DNA of 64,000 bases from Octopus bimaculoides (lineage: Eukaryota): positions 40,451,188 through 40,515,187 of the forward strand of contig NC_068994.1 in the NCBI RefSeq assembly GCF_001194135.2, in the 5' to 3' direction. Positions 13,204 to 26,865 of this stretch are shown here, in pieces. Position 1 is the stretch's first letter. Each line of letters starts with the position of its first letter. The position numbers and the translations under genes were made by a program. Under the pieces are notes generated by a model. That model saw only the letters and a list, made by a program, of their open reading frames with translations, did no database searches and was not told where the DNA came from.

Positions 13204-13628
13204 TGGCAGTGTGGTAAGAAGCTTGCTTGCCAACCACATGTTTCCAGACTCAGTCCCACTGCATGGCACCTTGGGTAAGTGTCTTCTACTATAGTGTTGG
13301 GCCAACCAAAGCATTGTGAGTGGATTTGGTAGATGGAAACTGAAATAAGCCCGTCATATATGTGTATATATGTATGTATATGTATTTATGTGTGTGTCAC
13401 TTTGTGTCTGTGCTTGTCTTCCTCTGCTCTCACTTGACAACCAATGGTGGTAAGTTTATGTCCCTGTCACGTAGCAGTTCAGCAAAAGAGATTCATAGAA
13501 TAAGTACTAGGCTTACAAATATTAAATCCTGGTGTCAATTTCTTTCACTACAAAAACCCTTTAAAGTGATGCTCCAGCATGGCCACAGTCAAATGACTAA
13601 AACATGTAAAAGCAAAAGTAAAAGAATA
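13204..13628 (+). mobile_element. tRNA-derived SINE, family A (CORE-like, internal microsatellite)
   Basis: Head GGCAGTGTGGTAAGAAGCTTGC...CAGTCCCACTGC, CORE-like CCTTGGGTAAGTGTCTTC, central (TA/TG)n, and a 3' part ending GAAACA(TG)TAAAAG. Confidence 0.85.
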
Positions 13629-15164
13629 AATATATATATATACATATAGTATTTAAGTAAATATTTGATGCTTGGACTATCTTGGATTTAGTCACCCTAG
13701 AGGCATAACAAGGACTTCAATTAGAGATGAGAGAAGTTTAACTCACGTACTTAATAGGTAGAAACATGGTAATGTATAACATCCCCATTAATACAGATGT
13801 ATGACCTTAACGAAAGTCTCTGGAAATTGAAAAATAAAAAATTTATGTCAGTAGATTTAGTTTTCATTCCTCCCCTCCCTCAGTAAACATTTTATTTTAC
13901 TTAATATCTTTGATATTCTTGAGATAAGGGGGCAAGTTTTACAGTTATATTCCCTCTCCACTTCTGTATATGTTTGAGGAAATTTGCCTGTTTAATAAAT
14001 TAAAATATGGAAATAGTTAGCTAACACAAAATATTTAAAGTACAGAATAAAGCAAAAACAAAACAAAGATAATTATTCTGTGTAAGATGTCGAAACAAAA
14101 CAAAATAGCACTAGAGCACAGCAATGGCGATATAATGAAAGTATGACTAGCGATTTTTAGCTGATAGAATGGTAAGATAACACTGATGTAGTGGTTGAGG
14201 GAAGCCATTATCGATAACAGAAAAGTCGGAAAAAGATATAGTGACTTGTAACAAATAAATAAATAAATAAATAAATAAATAAGCGAAAACAAAAACTGGA
14301 AGTTTCGAATAACAATGGAACATGAAGACTTGGGAGGTCTCTGGTGATAGAGAAAGGAGGAGCAGGTGTTTGAAAACAATAAAGTAATTAGAAACCCGTG
14401 TATATCGATTGAGGTTTAAGGTATGTCTACACAGTTGGCAAAAATATAATTCAAAGGGAATAATGGAAGCAATCGAAATGACAAAAAAAATACAAGCATA
14501 TAAAGAACAAATAAAACATAAATAGCAGTCGTATAGTAACAACTATTTACTATATTGATGCAAAGAGGTTAAAAACAAAAGGAGGAGGAAAAGAAAAGAA
14601 AGAATCTAGACTAACACATCAAAATTAGCAACTCAATTACTGTTCGCCTATGAAATACATTTTATTCGTCTTTGATATCAGCCATCTATTCAGTTCATTT
14701 GTTTACGGACTGCGAAATGCAGAAAAAAAATTATCAACATATAAGAATGTTTACAGACAATTATGATCTCAGAAACTCTATTTATCATTATTGCTTCTCT
14801 TCTTTATCCTTTCTTTTTTTCATAACTTGCTTTGGCAGTGCAGTTACTAAAAGTTATAGTTTTTGTTTTTGTCATTCCAATAGTCATGTATGTATGTCGG
14901 TGAAAGACATTAGGTGCCAATTTATTCGGCCTCTTTAAAGGTGTTCAATATTCCAAAACAAAGTTTCTTGTATTTTGGTAATCTTTAAGTTTTTCCAACA
15001 AAACCTTTAAACAAGTACAAAGAGATATTTTTATGTAACCAAAGGATTGAAAAATTGTTTCTTGAAACTAAATTAAGAATTCCTGAAAGACATAATTCTT
15101 AGAATTTATGACATTAATTCATGAACTTTTAAGGAAGAACTTGTAACTAAATTTATTTCTTTAA

Positions 15165-15369
15165 TCCTTTTGTTACTGTATTTATTTTGAGATGCTCTGT
15201 GTTTCTTTCAATTAATTCTAAATATAACAAAGAATTTTGTAAAATAACTTTGTTATCATTAAGCTAGTGTTAGGAATGTAAATTGTGACTAAGGTTTGGT
15301 GGAAGATTTTAATTCAGAACTTATGAAAACAAGACAGAGGCAGTTTCAGCCAGGTTGATATCGAAAGGG
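15165..15369 (-). mobile_element. piggyBac-type MITE, reverse-orientation relative of 52577-52797
   Basis: TTAA-TCCTTTTGTTAC...GATATCGAAAGGG-TTAG; the body is the reverse complement of the 52.6 kb element. Confidence 0.75.
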
Positions 15370-15418
15370 TTAGTCTAGAAACAAATTGTAGATGTAGCCA
15401 AATAAAAATTACATATAT

Positions 15419-15635
15419 CCCTTTAGCAGTTAATCCAACCATATCCAGCACAAATATTCTACCTGTTTTATGTTAAAACTGACCAAATCCAATCTCTCAC
15501 ACCTACCCTACAATGTTATTCTCAAAATATACAAACACACCATTGAAATCTTGAAGCTACAAAATGATGTGATTAATTCAAAACAGTGTGAATAAACAAG
15601 CATTACATTTGACAAAAAATCTGAATGCTAATGGG
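15419..15635. mobile_element. Second piggyBac-type MITE family member
   Basis: CCCTTTAGCA...TGCTAATGGG termini with TTA-type flank, ~215 bp. Confidence 0.6.
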
Positions 15636-17134
15636 TTATACTAAGCAAAGTCTGCAAAAAGAAGAATTTTACTGAATTCTAAATTTTACAAGTTGCCTTC
15701 TAGTATCACATACTTCCATGGAAAGAAACAGTTGCCAACAATCAAATTCTATTTAACTCACATATTCATTTTAATATTTGGAGCATAAATGTAGTAAACA
15801 TATCTATTTTTATCACAAATAGCCTTTAACATAAACATACCACAAAGCACATGAATTTGAAGTAATGATTTCATAGCATCCACAAACACTTTAAAGATTG
15901 AACTTCTCCAGAACATTTTGGATCCTTGTTGAGTAACAAGGGCTGTTTCTGCTTACATGCTTGTTGAGCTTGACTTTTCTAGTATGTCAATTTAGAAATC
16001 ATTAATAGAACCTTAATTTGCAAAACCAAAGGAAAACTTAAGTTAGGAAAGTGAAAACAGCATGTTATATCGAGATTCATTTTACATTTAAGCTTTCCTT
16101 TGCAATACTTATTCAAGCTACCATTCTAACTTGTCATCCCATTTCATCTTGGCCCTCTCCCTTCTATTTATTTCAAAATCGTGGGTGAAAAAATCCCCCA
16201 CACACAAACACACTCATCTTATCTCTCAATCACCCTTCCTTCCAACTAACTTTTTCCTTTGTCCTATTTTTATTAAAGGATGCCAGTGCATATATATACA
16301 TATTGTCCTTAATCTGCTTCATTATTTTAGTATCACCACTCCTACAATTGCAGATGTACTAAAATGCTTTAAACCTCAGTACAAGCCTTCACTTTCCATC
16401 TTTACTTTGTTGTCCTGACCATTGGCTGCCAATTAACTCCCTTTCCACACTGGTTACAACCACTCTTGAATATTCTTCTCACTTATAACATTTATAATTA
16501 CTTCTATTATAATTCTCATCATATCTAAGATGCTTTATAAAAATATACTAGAGTTAAAAGCACACCTCTATTTTTCAGTTTTAGCTCGAGTTGCCAGGTC
16601 TGTTTGGTAAAGAATGTACTTAGCCACAAACCAAAAGTTTATGGGAAGAAAGGTGTTTTAGTTAGTGATTAGTTGTATATATTATGTACTGCTGACAGGT
16701 GATCTATTTCTTATGAAAGAGGTTTTGACCATATATTGATATCATAAAAGGCTAAATTTGATTACTTCTAATGGCATTAGTATCAGAGGAGGAAAAAACT
16801 CACAGACAGGCTAAATATAGTGTCGAGGGGAAAATATCTGAGTTTAACAGAACACTAAATTGTAGTTATAACACATTATTCTCAGAGTGAGCATATTTGG
16901 TACACTGTGATTAAAGAATGAATATTTCTTTAGTGTTTCCTGTGTTTTGTATAAAATACCACACATTCTTCAAAGCGACTTGCTCAGAGCTATTTTGGAA
17001 ATTTTAACTCTCTTCAGAGAAATGCATTGTTTTACTCATGATAGCATCAGGAAGTTGTCTCAGTAGCATTATAAGCCCTTGAAAAAAAATTGTACTGGGT
17101 CCCATGGTACTTATTGAACTGGGAGATAAATTCT

Positions 17135-17333
17135 TAAGATTGAAAACACTGGAGATCCATCATCAAAGAAAGAGTAACAACTTTTATGACCAATAGGACT
17201 GCTGAGCAAGAAAAGAAGAGCAGGCATAGAAAAGACAGACCAAGAAGGGATCACCTGTCCCACTTGTGGAAAGAGCTTCCAAGCAAGAATTGGACTCATC
17301 AGTCACCTCAAGACCCATCAATAATAATAATAA
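17135..17333 (+). mobile_element. RTE-clade LINE 3' end with C-terminal C2H2-type motif and (TAA)n tail
   Basis: WRSIIKERVTTFMTNRTAEQEKKSRHRK, a frameshift, then ITCPTCGKSFQARIGLISHLKTHQ*, followed immediately by (TAA)n. Confidence 0.8.
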
Positions 17334-17799
17334 TCCTTTTTATTAAAGGCACAAAGCCTGAAATTGTTGGGGAGGGGGCCCAATGTTTCATTGGTACTTA
17401 TTTTATAGACCAAGAAAGGATGAAAAGCAAAGTCGAGCTCAGCAGAATTTGAACTCAGAACATAGGGATGAATGAAATGACACTAAACAGCATACATAGA
17501 TCAGAATTAGGCTCCTTAACCCATGGGGCCCTCAGACAAATGCCCAGTGTGGTCATACATGAAGATAATATTGGCTACTATATCAACCAAGTAAAATTTT
17601 TTTCAAATGTTATGAAATGATGCTTGAAGACAATGACAAGTAATTTCTTTATGCTTTCTTTTTTTGTTTTTAGTAGGTGCTAATTGTCAGTGGATTCTAG
17701 ATCTGAATGCAGGTAAAGATGCTAAAGTTGCTCTAGAAACAGAATTCTTGATGTAAAAAAGAAAAAAAATTATAGCAAATTGAAGATTTTTAGACTCAA

Positions 17800-18955
17800 T
17801 AAAATGCCATATACATCTTCTCCTTACTTATTGTTGTGGTGGACATTTTTTCAAAGTGGCCTGAAGTACATAAATGTAAAAAGCCAACATCTGAAGGTAC
17901 AGTAAGTTTTTTAGATGAATTGTTCACCAGATATGGTATTCCTGCTACCATTGTGTCTGATAATGGAACTCAGTTTACTTCTTACGAGTTAAAAAATTTT
18001 GTAAAGTATTCATTATCAAACATGTGACCACTTCACTGTACCCATACTAAGTCTAATGGACAAGTAGAGTGTTTTGTTGACACTTTTAAGAAGGCCTTAA
18101 GAAAGGCGAACAATGAAGTAATGGACAAGCTTGCATTTCAACAATTTCTAATAGTGTACCAAGTAACACCTAATACCCTATCCGGAATGTCACCTGCAGA
18201 ATTGATGCTTACTAGAAAGATCAGATCTGTTTTTTATAAGCTGATACCAAGTGAAACTAGGAAAAAAATTGAACAACAAATATACTTCGAAATTCTTGAA
18301 GTTAGGTGACAAAGATTTTTTTAAACCTATAGATATGGTAAAGAAAGTTAGGAGGATGGTGTAATTATTAAACAGATTGGAAGAATATTATTCCTGGTAA
18401 AAGGAAAAAATGTTGAATATAAAAGACATAAACCAACTTAAAAAGAGATTCACAGATGTAACAGTCATGAGAGTTGAAATTTCTATGGAAGTATTGTATG
18501 ATACATTTGAGGTACAAACACCCAAACAAATTGAAACTACACATTCAAACACCAGAAAAAGGAAGAGAATGGAAACACCGGCATTAAATCTTAAGCATAA
18601 GAGATATTAAACTCTGGCCAGAGTTTAATTCCCCAAACAGGGAGAAGTTATGGGAGGCTAACTCTCAAAAGGGGAGATGTTGTGGAAGAATTCTGACCAC
18701 CCCCATGTAACTAATTTCAATAAAACAAACAACTGTCGAGTTGACAGCAGCAGTTGATTGTGAACAATTGATTGTGAGCAATTGATTGTGAATAATTGAT
18801 TGTAAGCAGTTAACTGTGAGTTGTTGATAGAGAGCATTGAGTCTCATGTAACAGTAATTGTATTGTGTTGTGTGAATTCTTTCTTCCCCCACTTTTGTTA
18901 AATTATTCATTCAATACCAGGATATAAAACTTATTTCATCCATCTAGCTTTCAAT

Positions 18956-18960
<5 letters not shown>
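17800..18960 (+). mobile_element. Decayed Gypsy/Ty3 LTR retrotransposon 3' end: integrase remnant, PPT and 3' LTR
   Basis: IVVDIFSKWPEV...DELFTRYGIPATIVSDNGTQFTS (integrase D,D region) and later SGMSPAELML, with stops and frameshifts. PPT AAAAGGGGAGA at 18667-18677, then an LTR from TGTTGTGG (18678) to ATATACA (18960). Confidence 0.88.
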
Positions 18961-18991
<31 letters not shown>

Positions 18992-19045
18992 CCTTTTGTT
19001 GTTTACACCACCTGTCCTCGTCTGTTGTTTTTTTTGTAAATTCTC

Positions 19046-19124
<79 letters not shown>

Positions 19125-19130
19125 TGTATA

Positions 19131-19340
19131 TCATCATCATCATCGTCATCAATATTTAACATCCCTTTACCCATGCTGGCAAAGTTTGGATGGTTCAAGA
19201 TGAACAGAGAAGCCAGAGGGCTGTGCCAAGTTCTAATGTCTGCTTTGGCATGGTTTCTGTAGCTGCATGCCCTTCCTAATGCCAAAGACTTCACACTGTA
19301 CTGAGTATTTTTTTACATAGCACCAGCACTGGTGAGGTTA
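19131..19340 (-). mobile_element. RTE LINE 3' UTR fragment
   Basis: (CAT)n plus tttaacatccctttacccatgctggca...ctgcatgcccttcctaatgccaa matches the 5095 copy UTR. Confidence 0.7.
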
Positions 19341-19789
19341 CCAAGTACCTACAAGACCCCCATTAACTGAATAGCATACAGAACTGAGAGACAATAAAAT
19401 AGAATACAAGAAGAGGAGCAGGTGTTTTGCTGAAGAGGTGAATACATGGCTAAATCATCATCTGCAAAAAGAGAGTGTGGAGAGATGTGGGATCCAGATA
19501 TAAGGTGAATATGATGACTATGAGAGAATGAATAGCCTAGAGGAGGAGAAAAAGTGAACATGTAAGTAAGTGTGCTGAGTGAGAACAGTGTGGCAGACGA
19601 TTAGAGATAGAGAATGAGCTGGACACAGAAAATATCAATTCAGCAGAGGAGAGGTGAAGGAAGGAAATTGGGTGATACAGAAGATTGATAGAAGAATGGG
19701 TGTTAGATGAGATGAGGGGAAAGGCTTAACAAAATCTCAATTTTGCTGAGATGGAAGGGTCATCTCAAACATAGCATATTTCTATTCAT

Positions 19790-20160
19790 CCAAGCCCTTT
19801 GTCATCTCCTCTGAGGGGTTCAATATCTAAAGATCAACCTTCAACACTTTGTCCCACATCTTCTTGGTCTTTCTCTTCCACATATTCTTTCCATGTTTAG
19901 CAATCAGCATTTCTTTATATAGCTGTCCTCGTCCATCTGTATCACATGATCATACCAGTGCAATCCTGATGTTGCCCATTCACTGGAGTGTGCTAGTTTC
20001 ATTTCTTTCTATACTTTGCATGTCTTTTGCATTCACAGCCCAAACTTCACAACCATATAGTGATCGTTGTTCAAACACAAGCATTATACAATCTGACTTG
20101 CACTTTGAGAGAGAGGCCTTTTGCTACCAACAGAGGTAAAAGTTCTCTGATGTACTCCAG
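19790..20160 (-). mobile_element. RTE-like LINE post-RT ORF fragment
   Basis: The minus strand reads FRELLPLLVAKGLSLKVQVRLYNACV*...LYGCEVWAVNAKDMQSIERNE...LHWYDHVIQMDED, carrying LINE LYGCE.W and L.W.GHV motifs with stops. Confidence 0.75.
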
Positions 20161-20421
20161 CAAGTTTTTATACTTCCAGAACATCTGCCTCCACTGATAA
20201 TTAGGTCAAAGATAACAGAAATTATCTATTACATCCGAGGAGCTTTATGGCTTTATAGAACGTCCATTTCCCCATGTGCTATTATTATTTATTACTCTTG
20301 CACATCTGTCGTAATCAAATTCTTCTTTTTTCACATTTCTGTGATTCCACTGCACATCTTATATAGACACACACACACACACACACATTGATAGATATAC
20401 ATGTATATACATACAAGTATG

Positions 20422-20471
<50 letters not shown>

Positions 20472-20725
20472 NNNNNNNNNNNNNNNNNNNNNNNNNNNNN
20501 NNNNNNNNNNNNNNNNNNNNNNNNNNNNNNNNNNNNNNNNNNNNNNNNNNNNNNNNNNNNNNNNNNNNNNNNNNNNNNNNNNNNNNNNNNNNNNNNNNNN
20601 NNNNNNNNNNNNNNNNNNNNNNNNNNNNNNNNNNNNNNNNNNNNNNNNNNNNNNNNNNNNNNNNNNNNNNNNNNNNNNNNNNNNNNNNNNNNNNNNNNNN
20701 NNNNNNNNNNNNNNNNNNNNNNNNN
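20472..20725. other. Assembly gap (N run) between (TA)n and (CA)n
   Basis: N run flanked by microsatellites. Confidence 0.99.
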
Positions 20726-20816
<91 letters not shown>

Positions 20817-20824
20817 TGTATATA

Positions 20825-21479
20825 CAGGGTGTAATGGGTAAATTGTCGCCATATTATATTTTCAATTTCACGCATTGTTTGTTTTTGATTTTGTCAACTA
20901 CACAGTATAGTAGGGTCAGTTGGGCACCATATGTGAGAAAAATAGCACAGTGACACAATTCACTTTGCTAGAAATTTGGAAACAACATGCTGTACTGCTT
21001 AGCATTCATGCTGGCAGTTCTAATATGAACAGATGGTGACTACACAGAACAACCGTTGGCTTGCTGTGTGTCCAAAACATGTGCTGAGAGTGATAAAAAT
21101 CAAACATCCAGTCAACATCATAGTGTTTTCAGTGATCACTAGTGATGACAACGTTATGCTTCCATTCATCTTCCCACACGGCCTCACACTCAACACAGAG
21201 GCTTACATCAAGTTCCTGGATGAGGTAGTGCTGACCTGGTTCAAAAAGGTGGCTGCTGGAAGACCTTATGTCTGGCAACAAGACTCTGCACCATGCCACA
21301 CAAGCAGGAGAACCAAGTTATAGCTATCAGACAATTTCTGCAACCATATCACCCCTAACATCTGACCACTTAACTCCCCAGGCTGCAAACCACTTTATTA
21401 TGTGTGGGGCACAGCTGAGCGAGAGACCAACAAAACTCCTTGTAACACCAAAGATGAACTGAAGGCAAGGATTATGGCA
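20825..21479 (+). mobile_element. maT (DD37D) internally deleted element, right end lost
   Basis: TA-CAGGGTGTAATGGGTAAATTGTCGCC TIR, then QNNRWLAV...PYVWQQDSAPCHTSRRT...NSP...YVWG...NTKDELKARIM with stops. Confidence 0.88.
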
Positions 21480-22280
21480 TATACACACACATATATACGC
21501 ACATATATCTACAAAATCAACTCACAGAGCTTTGGTTGACATGAGGCTATAGTAGAAGACACTTGCCCAAGGTGCCACACAGTGGGACTGAAACTAGAAA
21601 CACGTCGTTGGGAAACAAACTCCTAAACATTTGCATTTTGATGCTTAATACCATTTTAAAAACATTTTGATCCAGTGATCAAAACATAATGATATTTGAT
21701 TAAATTATCTCCCTAATTAATTTACATTTTGATCTTAGAATTAAATGTTTTGAAAATGGGAAGAGGTGGCAAGAGAAGTGCTTTCATCTTTATTCTTTGT
21801 TACCTTAATTGTATTTTATAACATTTTTGTTGCTACTGGAGGGAGAATGTAATGATAAAGTGTTGAAGCAAAATTATTTGACAAGGTGAAACACTGGACT
21901 TAATATAGAACTGATATTAGTTATTGACAAGTAGCATTAACACATTGTGCATTTCAAGACTGAGTATTCAATAATTTTTACAACATTAATAATAACTCCA
22001 GAAACTTCAAGTGGTCTAAAGAAAAGTTAAAATTGAAATAAAGAGACTGATCTGAGAAGACTAATGTTGGCTGACTTTTTGTATAAATAATGGAAACTGA
22101 AATAAATTGGTTTGTCATATGGAAAAGAAGAAAATTCGCTGTTTTGGCTCGGAGCCTTTGTCAAGGAGAAAGAGGCATACATTGAGGTCACTGACATGTC
22201 TTCTATACAATAGCCTGAAACAACAATTGTCACATGCTGTCCAATTCCACCTTGTCTGCTTTAACCCAATAATAATAAAG

Positions 22281-22703
22281 TGCAGGTATGGCTGTGTGGT
22301 TGAGAAGTTTGCTTTGCAACCACATGGTTTTGGGTTCAGTCCCCCAGTGTGTCACCTTTGGCAAATATCTCCTCCTATAGCTCATGGATTGACTAATGCT
22401 TTGTAAGTGAATCTTTTAGACAGAAACTGTGTGGAAGCTCATCCCCATTGTAAATACGTGTGTGTAAGTGTGTGTGTGCACATGTGCGCGTGTGTGTGTT
22501 TCTGTCTTTTCACACTGCTTGATAACCAGCATTGGATTGTTTACACCCCTATAACTTAGTGGCTCAGTAAAAGAAACCATTGGAGTAAGTACCAGCCTTA
22601 AAAATATGTACTGGGGTTGATCTGTTCAACTAATACCCTTCAAAGCAGTGCCCTAGCATGACTGCAGTTCACTGACTGAAACAAGTAAAAGTTAAAAGAT
22701 AAA
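22281..22703 (+). mobile_element. SINE family A
   Basis: Same head, CORE-like segment, central (TG)n and tail as 13204 and 49085. Confidence 0.75.
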
Positions 22704-23544
22704 CATTAGCTCACTCTGTGAGTCAGTGATCATAGCATTGAGTAAAAGATTACTAATCAGACAGTTTTTATGTGATGCAGTCTGAAATCTATGTATATTA
22801 GCTGCTATGTTCCAGTATGCTGATGAGAATAGTACATGAAATATCAACTGTTACTCACAGAAAGATCAGCCAAAATTTTTAGATATACTTTCCCTATCGA
22901 TCCATAATGATTTATTTATAAACACAAGATTATTGCAGCTAATTATGAATGCTTAATGAAACATTATTTTCTGAATAAAAATAAGTTTAAGAGTCCAGAA
23001 AATTCAATTCCTGACATGAAATTTGTTACAATCAGATAATTCTTATAGCCAATGGCTACTTAATACTTCATATAATTTTCTTTCTTCGAAGCCTTGTTAA
23101 ATATGAATGATGAATACTCCACTTGGATTATTCCCCATAGCTTTTCAAATTAAGATTTTATAAATAAAAGCTATTCAGTAATGTGATTTTATTTCAATTT
23201 AACAAATATTAGCAAATATTTCGATTCTTTACTGTACTTGTAATTCCCAGATTGCAACAGCCAGAGGTGATAAACAAATTTAGAAAGAAAATTGAAAGTA
23301 GTGTGAAAACCAATATATTTCTAATATGAGTATTTATTGCCCATCCATAGGACTTGATATCGGTTACTTTTTAACAAAGTGCAAATATTTTAAGTGGAGA
23401 AGAAAGGAAGAATGTGATGTTCATGCCTTTTCTAGATGCGTCAATGGTATTATTGAAACTGAATGGACATAAAAACTGAAACTCTTGCTTTCTGCATACC
23501 AAGAATGCACTTCATGTTCTACATCCCTGCCTGTACACAACATC

Positions 23545-23583
<39 letters not shown>

Positions 23584-23971
23584 ACAAGTGCTATAGTGTT
23601 TTTCTTATTCGATTTCTTTTTACTTGCTTGGTCTGGAGGAAAAGTCTGATTCTTTGAAGTATGACGGACCCTCAAGAACTGTGAGAGCAACATTTTTGAT
23701 ATTCCTGCTGAACAGTAGCAAGGTGAAAGCTGCAGGAGAAACACTGTACAGTAGGGAATCTCAGGGGCTCCGTGTTCTGAGAAAGGAACAAAAACCAGGA
23801 CATAATGGTTGATGCAGGGTCTCAGTGAGGAAGTAGCAGGCAGGTTATAGGTGATTAGAAGAGATGGGGTGAGGTATGAGGAGAGCTTGAGTGGAGTTGG
23901 CATAAGACTATCCATTTTTCAGGAAACACAGACAGTTAACAGTAGAAGTTTGAAAGCTGCCTCAGATAACT

Positions 23972-24205
23972 GTGTTATTTCTTTACTACCCACAAGGGGC
24001 TACACACAGAGGGGACAAACAAGGACAGACAAACACGGGTTAAGTCGATTATATCGACCCCAGTGCGTAACTGGTACTTATTTAATCGACCCTGAAAGGA
24101 TGAAAGGCAAAGTCGACCTCGGCGGAATTTGAACTCAGAACGTAGCGGCAGACGAAATACGGCTAAGCATTTCGCCCGGCGTGCTAACGTTTCTGCCAGC
24201 TCGCC

Positions 24206-24209
<4 letters not shown>
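23972..24209 (-). mobile_element. Young SINE family B (tRNA-like head, Meta-like body)
   Basis: CpG-rich. The minus strand reads GGTGGCGAGCTGGCAGAAACGTTAGC...GTTCTGAGTTCAAATTCCGCCGAGGTCGACTTTGCCTTTCATCCTTTCAGGGTCGATTAAATAAGTACC. Many older copies occur in the window. Confidence 0.8.
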
Positions 24210-24244
<35 letters not shown>

Positions 24245-25036
24245 ACATGCATATGTATATGTTACAAAAGCACTGACACAGGTGTTGGAGCAGTACAATA
24301 TTGTGGGTCTCACCTGAGTTTTGTTGAAAATGAATATCATAAAATAAATACCATAAGACGTTCAAGCTGGCCCTCTATATATTTTGCACCCACCACCTCT
24401 GCTGACTTTAATACAATAAATAATTGAAATAAAGTTTTTAGTTTGAAAAAGTTATAAAATAGACTAAAATAACATAGTAGAATCAAATTCGTTGAATGAC
24501 TGTCACAGTTGCTATTATATTCTAATGTTATGGATGTTGCAGTTGCCATGTTACTGCTTGTGGATTGGCTGTGGGTGACAAAAGACCACAAATGGAACCC
24601 TTCTACAGACAAAGACAAATTCAGTCATTGCTGCCCCATTTAGGTGAAGTATACAGGCTAAGGTACAAAATGCTTGTGTACCCTTAGATACTTGTTGATA
24701 ATACGGAAGGGTTTCTTGCATAGCAATGGATTCAGAAGAGTTTCCAATAGCTCTGAGTATCTCCTGCAGTTTTTGCATGGAGTAAATCATCTCTGGTATT
24801 TATGTCATCTATAAGTGTAGTTAGCAAAGTTAGACAAACAAATATCGGGCCTTTTCAGTCAGGCTTGATATTGCTTGTCAACTTTAGTACGTAAATGAAA
24901 ACTCATAACACACATGTATAAAAACGAAAATTTTGCATTAACAAAATCTATCTTAAGTACTCTAACATTGAATAATGGAAATAGTAAAGTAAAACTATGT
25001 AATATCAGGTGAGTTAAAAACACAGTATCTAATATA

Positions 25037-25253
25037 AGAGGAGGTACTTAAAAGTTCTTGGCTTTGAGTGAAAGAAAATACAAGAGGATCAGTTAATTAT
25101 GATTTTATTCAACATGTCTCCCTCTCAGATTCACACACTTATTGTAGCAGTCCTTCAGTTTTTCTAAGCCCTTTAAAAGAACTCAGCACTTTGGGCCTCC
25201 AGCCAGGCTTTTCACAATATCCTCAAAGCCAGGAACTTTTCAGCACCTGTCCA
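25037..25253 (+). mobile_element. mariner-type MITE, copy 1
   Basis: TA-flanked, with ~30-bp imperfect TIRs (GAGGAGGTACTTAAAAGTTCTTGGCTTTGAG / CTCAAAGCCAGGAACTTTTCAGCACCTGTCCA). The interior matches 26648-26865. Confidence 0.75.
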
Positions 25254-26277
25254 TATGGAATGATATGTCCATTTCCATACTTCACTACCCTTGAGAAGGT
25301 CATGAGAGAAAGTGTCCCCAAACCCATCCTCCTGAGGATTTTATTTGAAGCAACCATCAACAAAGATCCTGGTTGGATTCTCGAGTGAGACCAACTAAGG
25401 ATAAAGGTACTGGGTATTATCCACCTGTCTCATTTGTGATTTATCTCTAGGTATTCTGCTGGTTGGCCATACTGTAAAATTTGACAAGTGGTTTTTTTCC
25501 TCAGACATTCTAACTACATGCCTGTAGTGCTAGAGCTGTGACCTGGAGTGACTCTCATATCTCTGAGCTACACACTCTATTGACTAACATTACTCCTGTG
25601 CCTTTTTAGAGAAATCGCTTCTGGTCACTTGTAAGAGCCAACAATATTGTTTCCTCAAAAGATCGATTATCATTGAATTTTCTTCATTTACTTCACCCCA
25701 TTCCCTCCGTGAAAACAATTCCTATATCTTAAATTGCTGATGCTTAACTCAGTGATGCCTGGTTGATTTTATAAAAAGTAGTGCAAAATAATCGAAAAGT
25801 GGTTGATGAAGTTAGAGAGTGACTCAGAATGAAAATTCTTTTGCAAGTAAAATTAATACATACATACACATATATACATGTATGTATAAATGTGTAAATA
25901 CATAAGTGTTTGTGACCCTAGGTTTTGACATCATAGAATACTTATAAACTAGCATTACCTTCATACAAGTGGAGTCCCTTGTTTGCAGTTTTTCAGGAAA
26001 ATGTGTCCAACCACAGGGAAATATTATCTTGCTCGAAAATAAGTGAGAGTTGGCAACAAGAGTGGCATCTACCCATAGAAAATCTGCCTGAACAAATATT
26101 GTCTGACTCATGCATGGTAAAGTGGACACTAAGAAAATGATGATGATGATGATAATGATGCCGCCACCACCGCCAACGATGACAATTCATTAAGTAATGA
26201 TCCAGAGAAGTACTAATTACAATCAATGAGTGCAACTTAGGCAACTGAACTAGCCAAAATATAATTTCCCTCCTCAT

Positions 26278-26308
<31 letters not shown>

Positions 26309-26647
26309 CTCTCTCTTTCTCTCTCTCCCTCTCATTCTCTCTATATGTATACACACATACATGTACACACGTGCATGTGTGTGTATAGGGAGCGTATGTA
26401 TGTATATATGAAAATCGCCTGTAGTTTGGTTCTAATATACTTCAATCGTAATTTACACAAAATTAAGTAGGTTCATGTCTTTAAAATTTCAAATCTTAAA
26501 GTAGTAATTAGCACAAAAAACAAAAAAAGAAAAAGAGAAGTTATATTGTAGTCTTGAGGATGACAATGTAGTCCAATCTGTCCCCATTCAGCACTGATCA
26601 ATAGGCATTTTGACCACAAGATATCTTTACTTAAGTTATGATATATA

Positions 26648-26865
26648 TGAGGGGTTCCTGAAAATTCTTGGCTTTGGGCAAAAGAAAATACAGGAGGATC
26701 AGTTTGTTTTGATTTTATTCAACATATTCCCTTCTCAGATTCACATACTTATTGCAGTGGCCCTTCAGTTTTTCTAAGCCTTATAAAAAAGGACTCATAA
26801 GATTGGGCCTCCAACCAGCCCTTTCATGATACCTTTAAAGCCAAGAAATTTCCAGCAACCCCTCA
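26648..26865 (+). mobile_element. mariner-type MITE, copy 2
   Basis: TA-TGAGGGGTTCCTGAAAATTCTTGGCTTT ... AAAGCCAAGAAATTTCCAGCAACCCCTCA-TA. Confidence 0.8.

Noticed and set aside
13747-13819. Minus-strand segment with strong acceptor and GTGAGT donor (a similar one is at 22859-22970)
   Set aside because: Stops occur in all three frames. It could only be a non-coding exon, and nothing else supports it.
15841-15948. Minus-strand open segment MFWRSSIFKVFVDAMKSLLQIHVLC with GTATGT donor
   Set aside because: There is an in-frame stop just upstream and no credible polypyrimidine acceptor.
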